Assembly (NCBI GenBank): GCA_963846575.1
Contig: CAWJWJ010000001.1
Location: 320,001-384,000 of the forward strand
Length of the DNA: 64,000 nucleotides
Origin: an uncultured Nitrospiraceae bacterium
Lineage (GTDB): Bacteria; Nitrospirota; Nitrospiria; Nitrospirales; Nitrospiraceae
Direction: 5' to 3'
A program made the position numbers and the translations under genes. Below, one piece after another: positions 9,929 to 20,410 of this stretch. Numbering within the stretch: position 1 is the first letter of the stretch; the number at the start of each line of letters is the position of its first letter. The notes below the pieces were generated by a model. It was given only the letters and a program-made list of their open reading frames with translations, did no database searches and was not told the DNA's origin.

Positions 9929-11110
9929 TCAGGACGCGCAGGGCAGAAGGGGCCGAGTCTCGCAAGAAGGCGTCTCAAGCGGATCCTGCCCATCCATAAG
10001 GTCGCCGCAATAATCCGCCACCACGCGCTCGACCTCACGGGCATTCGCAACCTGAAACATCTTGCCTCGCATCGCGGCGGCATGAGGAAACCCTGTGCAG
10101 TACCAACCAAGATGTTTGCGGATGGAACGGAATCGCTCCAAGCCGGCGATGGCTTCATACTGCCGCGCGTGATCCAGCATCACCTGCATCCGCTGCTTGA
10201 GTGAGATCTGCGGCTCCCAGGCATGGGTGGCAAGTCCCGACAGGTCAGCCCGGTCCGCGAATGCCCGGCGGGCCTTTTCCTTTTCACGAAAAAACCATGG
10301 GGCGCCCAGCGTTCCCCGACCAACCAACACACCCTGCACGCGAGTCTCCACGGTGCGGCGGATGGCTTCCACCAAGGTATTGAGATCGCCGTTGCCGAGG
10401 ATGAGGGTGTCCGTCCCACAGGCCAGCTTGGCCGCTTCGGCGATGGCAGACCAGTCGGCGGCTCCTCGATACATCTGCTGCAGCGTCCGCCCGTGCACCG
10501 TGATCGCCGCGGGTGCGGCCTCCAACAAATGCTCGACCCATCGGCCGACCACCACGCAATCAAACCCCAGTCGAGTTTTGATCGAGAGCGGCAGCAGCCG
10601 GCGGGCAACAGTCGGCACACCGGATCGACTCAGGTTCAATCTCTGAATGAATTCAATGCGGGAGGGCTTAAATCCTTGTGTCTCGATCGATTGACCGTCG
10701 GCCCAGTCGTGAAGCCCTTGCTTGGCAGCCCGCACGATGGCATGGGCCACATCCGGCGTCTTGATCAAGGCCGCCCCTGATCCGGAGGCCGCCACGTTCT
10801 TCGAGGGACAGCCCATGTTGATGTCGAGTCCATCGAATCCCATTTCACAGACCACCTGGGCCGCGCGGTAGAACAGCTCCGGATCCTTGCCATACAATTG
10901 CGCCACGACGGGACGTTCAGCCTCGCTGTACACCAATGACGACAACAGATGATCCGGACCGCGACAGATTTCGCTCACATTGGTGAATTCGGTGAAGGTG
11001 ATATCAGGCCGTCCCTGTGTGGCCACCACCCGACGAAAGGTGGCGTCAGTCACGCCGTCCATCGGGGCCAACCCCAGAATCGGTTGCGGAAGCGTCGCCC
11101 AGAAGTTCAT
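9929..11110 (-). CDS. dus: tRNA-dihydrouridine synthase
   Basis: LAPMDGVTD, DINMGCP (catalytic Cys), KTRLG, TVHGRT, GNGD, RKHLGWY. Confidence 0.93.
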   Translation of the reverse strand: MNFWATLPQPILGLAPMDGVTDATFRRVVATQGRPDITFTEFTNVSEICRGPDHLLSSLVYSEAERPVVAQLYGKDPELFYRAAQVVCEMGFDGLDINMGCPSKNVAASGSGAALIKTPDVAHAIVRAAKQGLHDWADGQSIETQGFKPSRIEFIQRLNLSRSGVPTVARRLLPLSIKTRLGFDCVVVGRWVEHLLEAAPAAITVHGRTLQQMYRGAADWSAIAEAAKLACGTDTLILGNGDLNTLVEAIRRTVETRVQGVLVGRGTLGAPWFFREKEKARRAFADRADLSGLATHAWEPQISLKQRMQVMLDHARQYEAIAGLERFRSIRKHLGWYCTGFPHAAAMRGKMFQVANAREVERVVADYCGDLMDGQDPLETPSCETRPLLPCAS

Positions 11111-12585
11111 CCCCGCACCTCCTCCGACTCGACCGGTTCGTTCGCCGTACGGTACGCTGCCCGCAACTCCACGGACTCTTCCATGGCGGTGGCGGCGGCG
11201 GAAGGACAGCCGTCGGCCACGAACTCGACAAACCGGTCGACCTTGAGGAGGAAAAAGTCATAGTCCTCCTCTTCCGGCCTCGGTGTGCTGAACCAGAACG
11301 CGGTGAACCGCTCGACCGGAAGATTCGCCGCCGTGATGAGCTGGCAGGTCCGCGGAAACATATCCGTCAATTCGCCACCCCAATGGAGCAACTCTTGAGG
11401 AACATAGGTCTGGCGATACCGATCCAGATCCTCGATCGATCCACCCAGCAATGAAAGACCTGCTGGTACCGGGCGACGGTCAGAAGTCACGAGTGCCACA
11501 TAGTCTTCATACTGTCGCACAAGCGTCGCCATTTCGTCGGATGCCACACTCGCATTCTGCGCAGAAGCCGGCAGAGCCTGTCTGGCCCCTCCCTGCAGGA
11601 ACTCGACACGACCCGCCTGGCCTGAGTATCGAACCTTCGACTCAAACCGGTCGCTAAAGCGCCGAAACTCCGTCACGATCTCCGTGACCGGTTTGGTGTC
11701 GACCTCCAATGCCACGCCTTTCAATGCGGTTAGCCGCGGATGGGCCAGGACCTGAACCAACAGGTCAAACAAGACCTCAGGAATGGGACTCCCATGGCTA
11801 TCGATCCAATAGGGCAATCCCGGGAGTAGCGCATCATGTTCAGAACCGGGATGCCTGGCCAATGGTGCCAGACCGGCCACATGAATTTCGATGACCCGCT
11901 CCATCGGAAAAGCATCCAGAAACCCCGCAACAAAATCCTGCAGCGCCTGACTGCGCCAAACACCCGTGTACCGGTAGACAGTCCACAAATGGCCGATGTC
12001 GAGGACCAGCCCGCAGGCCACCCGTTCTGTCACGGCACGGAAAAAATCGGGAATCCCGGATGAGCCGCAGGCGAAATAGGTCAGCGGCGGCATCTCCAGC
12101 AGTACCAGTGCAGGGGCGCGTCCTGCACGTTGCCCCCATGCATCCACTCGTCCCTGCACATATTCTAAATTGTCGGCCGTTATCCTGGCCGATAGCTCCG
12201 TATACAACGGGGGTAAGTATGTGCCGAATGCGTAGCCGCCAATTTGTTTCGACGCGCATTCATGATTCAGCCATGCGCTCTCCAGCGTGCCGACCTGGAT
12301 ACAGGCCTCCGCAACCCCGTGCTGCCCCGAGAAGCTCCGGGCAAAATGAGGCTGGGTCAGCCATAACCCTTCGCCGTGATAGGTGAGCTTCAGTTCCGGA
12401 AGCCGGCGCCGGACCCACCGCAGCGCGGACGTCGTCGCCTTGAAGATCTCCAAGTACCCCGGTTGCAATCCTTCTTCGCGGAGGCTTCGGACGAGCTCCA
12501 TGAGGTCCGGAGTATAGACATCCACCGACAGCCCCAACCCATGCGCCGGGATCAGATTCGCACGTTGTGAGAATTCGCTTTCCAT
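11107..12585 (-). CDS. DUF692 family multinuclear non-heme iron enzyme (MNIO) with C-terminal extension
   Basis: GLGL start, YHG, LLEMP, LVLDIGH, EIHVAG, IDSHG and ALEVD match the DUF692 metal-ligand pattern. Stop overlaps the dus start (ATGA). Confidence 0.82.
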   Translation of the reverse strand: MESEFSQRANLIPAHGLGLSVDVYTPDLMELVRSLREEGLQPGYLEIFKATTSALRWVRRRLPELKLTYHGEGLWLTQPHFARSFSGQHGVAEACIQVGTLESAWLNHECASKQIGGYAFGTYLPPLYTELSARITADNLEYVQGRVDAWGQRAGRAPALVLLEMPPLTYFACGSSGIPDFFRAVTERVACGLVLDIGHLWTVYRYTGVWRSQALQDFVAGFLDAFPMERVIEIHVAGLAPLARHPGSEHDALLPGLPYWIDSHGSPIPEVLFDLLVQVLAHPRLTALKGVALEVDTKPVTEIVTEFRRFSDRFESKVRYSGQAGRVEFLQGGARQALPASAQNASVASDEMATLVRQYEDYVALVTSDRRPVPAGLSLLGGSIEDLDRYRQTYVPQELLHWGGELTDMFPRTCQLITAANLPVERFTAFWFSTPRPEEEDYDFFLLKVDRFVEFVADGCPSAAATAMEESVELRAAYRTANEPVESEEVRG

Positions 12586-12775
12586 CGTGTCGCGTTTGGC
12601 ATACTTTGAGGTGAGCATAGTGACTATAGTTCTTGTGCAGTCTAAGCGCCTAACCTCTTGGTTGACAAGGGAAGATGGGGAAGCTGATCCAACAAATCGA
12701 TCTGGTATACTTCCTTTCGACGTGGAGGTTGCCGGACCGGAAACGTCAGCCTCTCTCGCGGCGAGAAACAGGCTT

Positions 12776-13558
12776 ATGCAAATGACAAAGTCCGGCTACA
12801 TGCTCCGCGACAAACCGTCTCATCACTCATCCTCTATGGTAGCTCACATGATGACCCCCGGCGTCGTACAGGTTCCCGGAGATGTCTCCGTGAGCGAAGC
12901 TGCCCTGCTCCTCGACCGGGAACGGATCCCCTGTCTGTTGGTGAAGGATAGCGACACCACCTTCGGCATCATGACCTCCGGTGATATCGTCAAAAAAGTC
13001 GTGGCCCAGGGGCTTGAGCCGCAGGATGTGGAAGTCCGGTCCATCATGTCGAAACCGGTGCATTCGATTGAATGCGATCAGATCCTCGATGATGCCACCA
13101 GCGTGATGGCCTCGACCGGCGCGTCCCTTTTAATTGTCACGAAGCAAGGCCAGCCGGTGGGCATCCTGACCGCACGCGACCTGGCCTTGGCTCCGAAGCG
13201 TTGCGACACATGCCTTCCCGCCACGCTGCGCGTGACGAATGGCGAAGGCGAAGGGGCCAAACACACCGCCACCATCCGGCAGCTCAGTCACGTCGGCGCC
13301 TTCATCGAAAGTCGCACCCTGCTCCTACCCGGCACGACCGTGGTGCTCTCCTTCATTCTACCCGGCACGGATTTAAGCTTTTCTCTGCGCGGCACGATCC
13401 TCAACAGCAGTTTTGAGCCGGACCTGTCGGAAGACGAGGGGACAATGGGAAACAATCCCGGGGTGGATATCCAATTCGCGCCCCTTCCTTCGTCCGATGA
13501 GTCGAAAATTCGCGCCTGGGTGCTGCAGAATGTGCCGCGTAGCTCTGAGCTTTCCTAA
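12776..13558 (+). CDS. CBS-pair plus PilZ-like domain protein
   Basis: Two CBS repeats (VAHMMTPGV..GIMTSGDI; VRSIMSKPV..GILTARDL) and a C-terminal PilZ-like barrel (QLSHVGAFI..GVDIQF). Confidence 0.85.
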   Translation: MQMTKSGYMLRDKPSHHSSSMVAHMMTPGVVQVPGDVSVSEAALLLDRERIPCLLVKDSDTTFGIMTSGDIVKKVVAQGLEPQDVEVRSIMSKPVHSIECDQILDDATSVMASTGASLLIVTKQGQPVGILTARDLALAPKRCDTCLPATLRVTNGEGEGAKHTATIRQLSHVGAFIESRTLLLPGTTVVLSFILPGTDLSFSLRGTILNSSFEPDLSEDEGTMGNNPGVDIQFAPLPSSDESKIRAWVLQNVPRSSELS

Positions 13559-13657
13559 ACATCCTCAGATGAATCTTTGCTTCGCCGACGACAGGTTGTT
13601 ATGATTTCCTGCGCGGACGATACGCGTCCGAGTACACCGTGCGTTAGGTAACCACTG

Positions 13658-14713
13658 ATGAAAAGCCCTGCCGCTCGATCCAAACCGGCTCTGACCAAAG
13701 ACGAAATTCTCACACAACTCGGCCCCCTGCTCGACCGCCCGGACGACGATATTCAGGCGGCGCTCATGAAGGAAATCCTTACCGGCGTCATCCGGCTGGC
13801 GGACTCGCAGTTGGACGTCCTGGATCTGAAAATCGTCAATCGTGCCTTGAAGGAACTCCGACATGCCTTCAGGGTGTTCCAAGGGTATCGGCATCGCCTC
13901 AAAGTCAGCGTGTTCGGATCGGCCCGCACCCCCGTCGACGATCCCAATTATGTGTTGGCCTTTCAGTTCGCGCGGCGCATGGTGGAAGAAGGATATATGA
14001 CCATCACCGGGGGCGCCGACGGCATCATGCGGGCATCCCAGGAAGGCGCCGGTCGGGAGCATAGTTTCGGGGTCAACATTATGCTGCCGTTTGAGCAGGG
14101 AGCCAATGCCGTCATTGCTGACGACCCTAAGCTTGTCACGTTCAAATACTTCTTCACTCGCAAGCTCATGTTCCAGAAAGAATCCCATGCAATCGCCCTG
14201 TTTCCCGGCGGGTTCGGCACCCACGATGAAGGCTTCGAAATCCTCACGCTTGTGCAAACCGGCAAAAGCGACCCCAAGCCTATCGTATGCCTGCAGGCTC
14301 CGGGATGCGACTACTGGAATCACTGGCACACATTCATTACCGAACAACTGCTGAAACGGCACCTGATCAATGCCGAAGACCTCGCCCTCTTCACGATCGT
14401 TGACAATGTGGAAGATGCAGTCACCGAAATCCGTTTGTTTTACCAGCGGTACCACTCACTCCGGTTTGTGGGACGCCAGCTCGCCATCCGGATGAAAAGC
14501 CCCTTGACCGAGGTGCAAGTTGAGGAGATTCGCGCTCAATTCAGCGATATGCTGACGGAGGGCACCTTTGAACAACGGCCGTCCCTGCCTGAAGAAATCG
14601 ATGAACCGGGACTGAAAGATCTCTCGCGCCTGGCGTTTACGTTCAATCGCCGGAACGCCGGTCGTCTGCGGCAACTCATCAATCACCTCAATCGACTTCC
14701 CGCGTCGACGTAA
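13658..14713 (+). CDS. LOG family protein (nucleotide monophosphate phosphoribohydrolase-like)
   Basis: VSVFGSART, TGGADGIM, FFTRKLMF, PGGFGTHDE. Confidence 0.9.
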   Translation: MKSPAARSKPALTKDEILTQLGPLLDRPDDDIQAALMKEILTGVIRLADSQLDVLDLKIVNRALKELRHAFRVFQGYRHRLKVSVFGSARTPVDDPNYVLAFQFARRMVEEGYMTITGGADGIMRASQEGAGREHSFGVNIMLPFEQGANAVIADDPKLVTFKYFFTRKLMFQKESHAIALFPGGFGTHDEGFEILTLVQTGKSDPKPIVCLQAPGCDYWNHWHTFITEQLLKRHLINAEDLALFTIVDNVEDAVTEIRLFYQRYHSLRFVGRQLAIRMKSPLTEVQVEEIRAQFSDMLTEGTFEQRPSLPEEIDEPGLKDLSRLAFTFNRRNAGRLRQLINHLNRLPAST

Positions 14714-14810
14714 GCAGATTCGACCGATAGCGGAATGTCCGCTGACATCGCCTGCTCCTCCGAGATACCCCTTTAGTCCCCGTCGACGGACATGCTAAGG
14801 TTGAACGCAT

Positions 14811-15682
14811 ATGAACGCAGCCTCCATGCGAAGTTCTGTTCCTACTGACCCCACGCTGATCCTCTACCATGGGGATTGTGCCGATGGTTTCGGTGCCGCT
14901 TGGGCCATCTGGACGCGTTATCCCGCCGCACGCTATCAAGCCGTGAAACACGGGGAAGCTCCCCCACGGACCTGGCCGGGCAACACATCGTGATCGTGGA
15001 TTTCAGCTATCCCCGGCCGATTCTCGAAACCATCGCGGAGAAAGCCGCCAGCCTGGTGGTCCTCGATCATCACATCACCGCCGAACAGACGCTGGCCGAT
15101 CTCCCCTACGCCTATTTCGATTTGCAAAAATCTGGGGCGGTGCTCGGATGGGAATGGGCGCATGATGAGCCGACACCGTGGTTGCTACGTTATATTCAAG
15201 ACAAAGATTTATGGCACTGGGCGCTGCCGAACAGCCGGGAAATCAGCGCCGCCCTGGCCTCCTACCCCTTCGACTTTGCGCTATGGAGCGGATTCCAGCA
15301 GCAGGAATTAGAACGGGATGGTCGCGCCATACTCCGCTATGAAAACGAGCTCGTGACGAAGCTGTCCTCACAAGCGACGATGATGCACTTTGAGGGCGTG
15401 ACGGTTCCCGCCGTTCATAGTCCGCTCCTTACCAGTCAAATCGGCGAACGCCTGTCAGCCGATTTCCCATTCTGCCTCATCTGGCACGACCGCAACGGGC
15501 GACGCTACTACAGCATGCGTTCCCGCGAGGAGGGAACCGACGTCGGCTCGATTGCCGCATCGTTTGGAGGCGGCGGCCATACCCACGCAGCCGGATTTTC
15601 GGTTCCGTTAGAGGCCGACGGCTCGCTTCCATCGAATCCTCGATTGCCGCGACCAGCTGCCTCACAGCCAGACCACAGGTGA
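14811..15682 (+). pseudogene. DHH/DHHA1 phosphoesterase split by a 1-nt frameshift (or sequencing error)
   Basis: N-terminal YHGDCADGFGAAW lies in frame 14811; VDFSY, LDHH, SMRS and GGGGH lie in frame 14876. The frames join at the C5 run 14961-14965. Confidence 0.85.
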
Positions 15683-15685
15683 CCG

Positions 15686-16387
15686 ATGCTCCCCCTCAAT
15701 GACGATACCCCGACCGACAGCACGCCGGTCGTCACCGTCACCTTCATCGTCGCCTGCTCTCTTGTGTTTATGTATCAAAGCGCCCTCCTCCCGGCTCCCG
15801 GAGAAATGTTCGTGTATCAGTACGGTGCGATTCCGGCCATCCTGTTCGGTCATGCGGCCCTCCCGCCTGAAGCCATGGCGATCCCCGCCTTCACGACCGT
15901 CCTGACCAGCATGTTCCTGCACGGCAGCTGGATGCATCTGATCGGCAATATGCTGTACCTCTGGGTCTTCGGCAACAACATCGAAGATGTGATGGGAGCA
16001 ACAAAATTCGTTGTGTTTTATCTGCTGTGCGGCATCGTAGCCGCGTTCAGCCATGCCCTTACGGACCCCACATCTGCAATTCCGATGGTCGGCGCCAGTG
16101 GTGCGATTTCGGGGGTATTAGGGGCCTATTTGTTGCTGTTCCCCCACGCCAGAATCCTGTTACTTGCCCCGCTGGTGGGAACCACCTATGTGCCGGCCGG
16201 CTTCGTGCTGGGATTCTGGTTCGTGATGCAGATCCTGAGCGGGGGGGCGAGCCTCGTATCGCAAGGAGGCGGAGTTGCCTTCTTCGCGCACATCGGAGGG
16301 TTTGTGGCGGGTATGGTGCTGATCGGCTTCTTCAAACGGCCGGAGGTACGGTTCTTCACCCCTGCCCGCAGCTCCTCATGGCGTTAG
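15686..16387 (+). CDS. Rhomboid intramembrane serine protease
   Basis: SMFLHGSWMHLIGNMLYL, catalytic GASG, AHIGG. Confidence 0.95.
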   Translation: MLPLNDDTPTDSTPVVTVTFIVACSLVFMYQSALLPAPGEMFVYQYGAIPAILFGHAALPPEAMAIPAFTTVLTSMFLHGSWMHLIGNMLYLWVFGNNIEDVMGATKFVVFYLLCGIVAAFSHALTDPTSAIPMVGASGAISGVLGAYLLLFPHARILLLAPLVGTTYVPAGFVLGFWFVMQILSGGASLVSQGGGVAFFAHIGGFVAGMVLIGFFKRPEVRFFTPARSSSWR

Positions 16388-16403
16388 CCTCTCACTCGCC
16401 GCA

Positions 16404-18269
16404 TCACAGATCCAGTACCTCGCGGATCTTCCCGGCCAGGTCCTGCTGTCGGTAGGGTTGCTGCAGGAAATATTTCTTATTGACCCGGTGGCTCACGATC
16501 GTCTCGTCCGAAAGTCCCGACACGAACAAGGCCTTCATCTTGGGATGTTGGAGCACCAGACGCTTGGCCAAGTCCCGCCCGCTGATCTCGGGCATCGAAA
16601 GGTGACTGACCGTAACGTGGATTGGCCCCGCATGCTGCTGAGCCACCAACAACGCCTCCACGGCACAGGCCGCTTCCAGGACATGGTATCGATGACGCCG
16701 CAGGGTCGAGCGCGCCAGTTTCCGCTCGATTTCGTCCTCTTCCACCAGGAGGACCGTCTCCGCCCCTTTTGAGAGGGATTCAGTGGCGACCGTCATGTCC
16801 CGCATGTACCCTTGTCCCTCGATCAACGGAAGATAGACTTGTACCGTTGTCCCTTGCCCCGGCTGACTGAGCACCTCGACCGTCCCCCCTATTTGCCTGA
16901 CAATGCCGTACACCAATGTCAGGCCGAGGCCGGCATGGGCATCCTTGGTCGAAAAAAACGGTTCGAACATGCGCGACTGGACTTCCAGATTCATCCCGCC
17001 TCCGCTATCGCTGACGGCAATCCGTGCCATGCGCCTTCGAGGATTCTTCTCCAGTTGCTCCACGGGAAGTGCCTCGCCATGAACGACCTGCACCGCCATC
17101 GTGACGCCGCCACCTTCCGGCATTGCGTCTCTCGCATTGGCCACCACATGCAGGAGCACCTGCTCCAGGCGATCGTACCCCAGCTCCACCAGGGCCTCTG
17201 TCGCGTCGCTCGTGACCTGCAGGCCGATCCGGCTGGGCACCAGTTCCTGAAGCGTTTCCCGCATGGCCTCGATGGCCTGGCCAAGCGACAGAGTGTCGCG
17301 AATCATGGTGTCGTGAACACGCAACGCCAACAGCTGCGCCGTCACCGCCGCCGCCCGTTCTCCGCTGCGGAACATCTCGTCTACGGTACCCCGAAGAGGA
17401 TCATCGAGCTTCAGTTTCGACAGGAGGACGCCGGTCTCCTTCCCGATGACCGCCAACACCTGGTTGAACTCGTGCGCCAACCGGACCGCCAGGCGACCGA
17501 CTGCCTCGAACTTCTGAGCTTCCCGCAGCTGTCGTTCCAATCCCGTCCGCTCGATCATGCTCTGACGGATGTCCTGGTTTGCGCGAAAGAGTTCCTGCTT
17601 CAACCCCTGTACGCGCGTTTCGAGTTGTGTGCGTCGCTGTTCCAGCGCCGCCTCAGCCTGTTGCAGGCCCGCCACATTCTGCTGTAACGCGCGATTGCGC
17701 CCTCGCTCGGCGGCGACTGTCTCCAGCGTCAGCCCGTAAAACACCGCCATGATCAGCAAGACGGGAATGCCGAAGAGATGCCCCACGGCGAGAGTGCCCG
17801 ACTGCATCGCCTGTTCGTACACCAGCACTCCGTAACCAGCACAGATCACCAACGAGAGCCCGAGCAGCTGTCGAAGAGAGGGCACCGAGGAGGCAATCAG
17901 CACGAGGAGAAAATACGTCACATACAATTCCGAGCTGGCGTTGCCCGAGAGATAAATGGTGCCGGTGACCATCACGGTGTTGATGCTGATCAGCGCGCCG
18001 GAAAACCAGGAGCGGTCCAGAAGCTGACGCGGGAGGAGCATGATGCCGCAGCTGATGAGGATCAGGCCGACCGCCAGCAGTCGCGTCGCCGTCTGCCCAT
18101 AGATGGTGGCGTCACTAATGAGCAGTTCGTAGGAGAGCATCCCCGCCACGAGAGTTTGCAGAAAAACCGTGCGGGATCGCGCATGGTTGAGGAATCGTCC
18201 CAGGCCCCGCAGGCGGGAGTCCCGTTCAGTCTGGTCGAGGACAGAAAAAGAAGGTGCAACAGTGAGCAA
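16404..18269 (-). CDS. Membrane hybrid histidine kinase with degenerate receiver
   Basis: N-terminal TM helices, H-box AHEFNQ, NARDAM, DSGGGM, FEPFFSTK, GLGL, C-terminal REC-like domain. Confidence 0.88.
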   Translation of the reverse strand: MLTVAPSFSVLDQTERDSRLRGLGRFLNHARSRTVFLQTLVAGMLSYELLISDATIYGQTATRLLAVGLILISCGIMLLPRQLLDRSWFSGALISINTVMVTGTIYLSGNASSELYVTYFLLVLIASSVPSLRQLLGLSLVICAGYGVLVYEQAMQSGTLAVGHLFGIPVLLIMAVFYGLTLETVAAERGRNRALQQNVAGLQQAEAALEQRRTQLETRVQGLKQELFRANQDIRQSMIERTGLERQLREAQKFEAVGRLAVRLAHEFNQVLAVIGKETGVLLSKLKLDDPLRGTVDEMFRSGERAAAVTAQLLALRVHDTMIRDTLSLGQAIEAMRETLQELVPSRIGLQVTSDATEALVELGYDRLEQVLLHVVANARDAMPEGGGVTMAVQVVHGEALPVEQLEKNPRRRMARIAVSDSGGGMNLEVQSRMFEPFFSTKDAHAGLGLTLVYGIVRQIGGTVEVLSQPGQGTTVQVYLPLIEGQGYMRDMTVATESLSKGAETVLLVEEDEIERKLARSTLRRHRYHVLEAACAVEALLVAQQHAGPIHVTVSHLSMPEISGRDLAKRLVLQHPKMKALFVSGLSDETIVSHRVNKKYFLQQPYRQQDLAGKIREVLDL

Positions 18270-18517
18270 CGCGCCTGCCCCGGATGGAAGAATGTGAAAC
18301 CAGGGTGGGAATCAGCAAGTTTTATACCCCCTCCGGACGAGGCCAAGTCAGCGCATTATCAGATGCGCCGGTAACAACGGGGCGATGCGAAGGACCGGAA
18401 CGTCCCTAGTCCCTCACAAAACCGAACAGCCGATTCCTGCCGTGCTGCGGTAACCGCTGCGAATGAACACTAGGGTGGGGCAGTCAGGGGAGGGGAATCA
18501 CAGGCGCCGGAGGTCCC

Positions 18518-19684
18518 TTACGGGTGGGACGGAACATGCTGAGACCGGAACGCCGACGCTCTCGCGACGGCCTCTGCACGCGTCGATGCAAGAAACGTAA
18601 TGTGGCCCATTTTTCGTTTCGGCCTGACGGTGCGCTTTCCATACAGATGCAGCACCGCGCCCGGCTCGCGCAACAACGCCTGCGTGGCAGGCGCGGCCGT
18701 GAAGAGAGCCACTTCGTCGCCGATCAGATTGACCATCACGGCGGGGGTGAGAAGCCGCACCTCGCCCAAAGGTTGGCCACACAGGACCCGTACCTGCTGT
18801 TCGAACTGCGACACGGTACAGGCATCCAACGAATAGTGGCCGGAATTATGCGGCCTGGGCGCGACCTCATTGACCAGGAGTCGACCGTCTCTCATAAGGA
18901 ACAGTTCGACGCAGAAGACTCCGACGCCGTCCAGGGCTTGCACTGCTCTTCGTGCCATTGTCGCAGCCTGCTCTGCGACTGACGCCGACACATCCGCCGG
19001 AACCGTGGTCTGGCGAAGCATGCCATCTTCATGGAGGTTTTCGACGACCGGGTAGGTGCGCGTCTCTCCATCGACACTACGTACGACCAGAATGGAAATT
19101 TCGCGTTCGAAGGAGAGGTATTGCTCCAGGATCCAACGTGATCCCGGTCTCATGGTCCGGGTCATATCCAGTTGAGCCTCGGCACAATCCTCCGCACGCC
19201 CGATTTTCCATTGCCCCTTGCCATCGTATCCGGCAGTCGCGGTCTTACAGATCAGCGGGTATGCGAGTCGAGTCTGCCGGGCGAGTTCCTCCGGTCTGGT
19301 GATCGGATGGAATGCCGGCACATCCAATCCACGCTCGCACAGAAACGCCTTCTGTTCAATTCGATCTTGAATCACACGCAGCACATGGCTCGACGGCCGG
19401 ACCGGCACCAACAGTTCTAATTGCTGGCAGAGGTCGCTCGGCACATTTTCCCACTCATAGGTGACGGCACGAACACGCTGCGCAAATTCCTGACGGGCGA
19501 CCACGTCGGAGAACGGCTTGATGAGGGAGTAATCAGCGGCACGGTGGGCGGGCGCTTCGGCATCGGGATCCCATACCGCAACCTCAAAGCCCATGCGGCG
19601 GGCGGTCGTGGCGAACATGGCACCCAACTGCCCTCCGCCGAGGACACCCAGAGTGGCTCCGGGTTCGATGACCGGCTCGTTCAC
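18518..19684 (-). CDS. purK: N5-carboxyaminoimidazole ribonucleotide synthase
   Basis: [45 protein letters not shown]. Confidence 0.97.
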   Translation of the reverse strand: MNEPVIEPGATLGVLGGGQLGAMFATTARRMGFEVAVWDPDAEAPAHRAADYSLIKPFSDVVARQEFAQRVRAVTYEWENVPSDLCQQLELLVPVRPSSHVLRVIQDRIEQKAFLCERGLDVPAFHPITRPEELARQTRLAYPLICKTATAGYDGKGQWKIGRAEDCAEAQLDMTRTMRPGSRWILEQYLSFEREISILVVRSVDGETRTYPVVENLHEDGMLRQTTVPADVSASVAEQAATMARRAVQALDGVGVFCVELFLMRDGRLLVNEVAPRPHNSGHYSLDACTVSQFEQQVRVLCGQPLGEVRLLTPAVMVNLIGDEVALFTAAPATQALLREPGAVLHLYGKRTVRPKRKMGHITFLASTRAEAVARASAFRSQHVPSHP

Positions 19685-20247
19685 GATCGGCGGCTCGGCT
19701 TTTGGTGGCGCGTGGTGAGAAAGGGAGGCGTGAGCCGGGCATCGTCTTGCGAGTCGAGCACCGATTGCGTTTGGGAGGCACGGAACTGCTCCAGCCGGCG
19801 CCTGATTTTTGCCGACCGTACTCCGAGAATCTGTCCGGCCAGGATGGCGGCATTCTCGGCTCCTCCAATGGCGACCGTCGCAACCGGAATCCCTCGAGGC
19901 ATTTGCACGATGGATAACAGTGAATCCAATCCGCGTAGATGTTCGGTGGGAATAGGAACCCCGATGACAGGCAATGTAGTTTTAGCCGCCAACATTCCGG
20001 GCAGATGAGCCGCCCCTCCCGCTCCGGCGATAATGACCTGGATGCCTCGCTCCGCTGCCTGCTCCGCGTAGGCGAAGAGGCGATCGGGCGTGCGGTGGGC
20101 CGATACCACCAGGAGTTCGTTGGGAATCCCGAGTTCGTTCAGCATCGCCACGGCCTTCTCGAGAACGGGAAAGTCCGATTTGCTTCCCCCGAGCACTCCG
20201 ATGACGGCCTGACGCACCCTGTTCTGATTTGGCATTCGCGCGGTCAC
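19681..20247 (-). CDS. purE: N5-CAIR mutase
   Basis: [40 protein letters not shown]. Confidence 0.97.
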   Translation of the reverse strand: MTARMPNQNRVRQAVIGVLGGSKSDFPVLEKAVAMLNELGIPNELLVVSAHRTPDRLFAYAEQAAERGIQVIIAGAGGAAHLPGMLAAKTTLPVIGVPIPTEHLRGLDSLLSIVQMPRGIPVATVAIGGAENAAILAGQILGVRSAKIRRRLEQFRASQTQSVLDSQDDARLTPPFLTTRHQKPSRRS

Positions 20248-20410
20248 CTTTGCTCGAAAGGGAGGTGGAAAGGGCCAAACCTTAGCCGTTCTACGGTCGA
20301 AGGGTCAAGCCTGTCGCCGGAAGAAGCCAGCATTAAATTGACCGGCTCCCCGGATATCCTCTATGATAAATCTCATTTTCGTGCAGCCTGCTGTGCTCAG
20401 GGGGTGAGAC

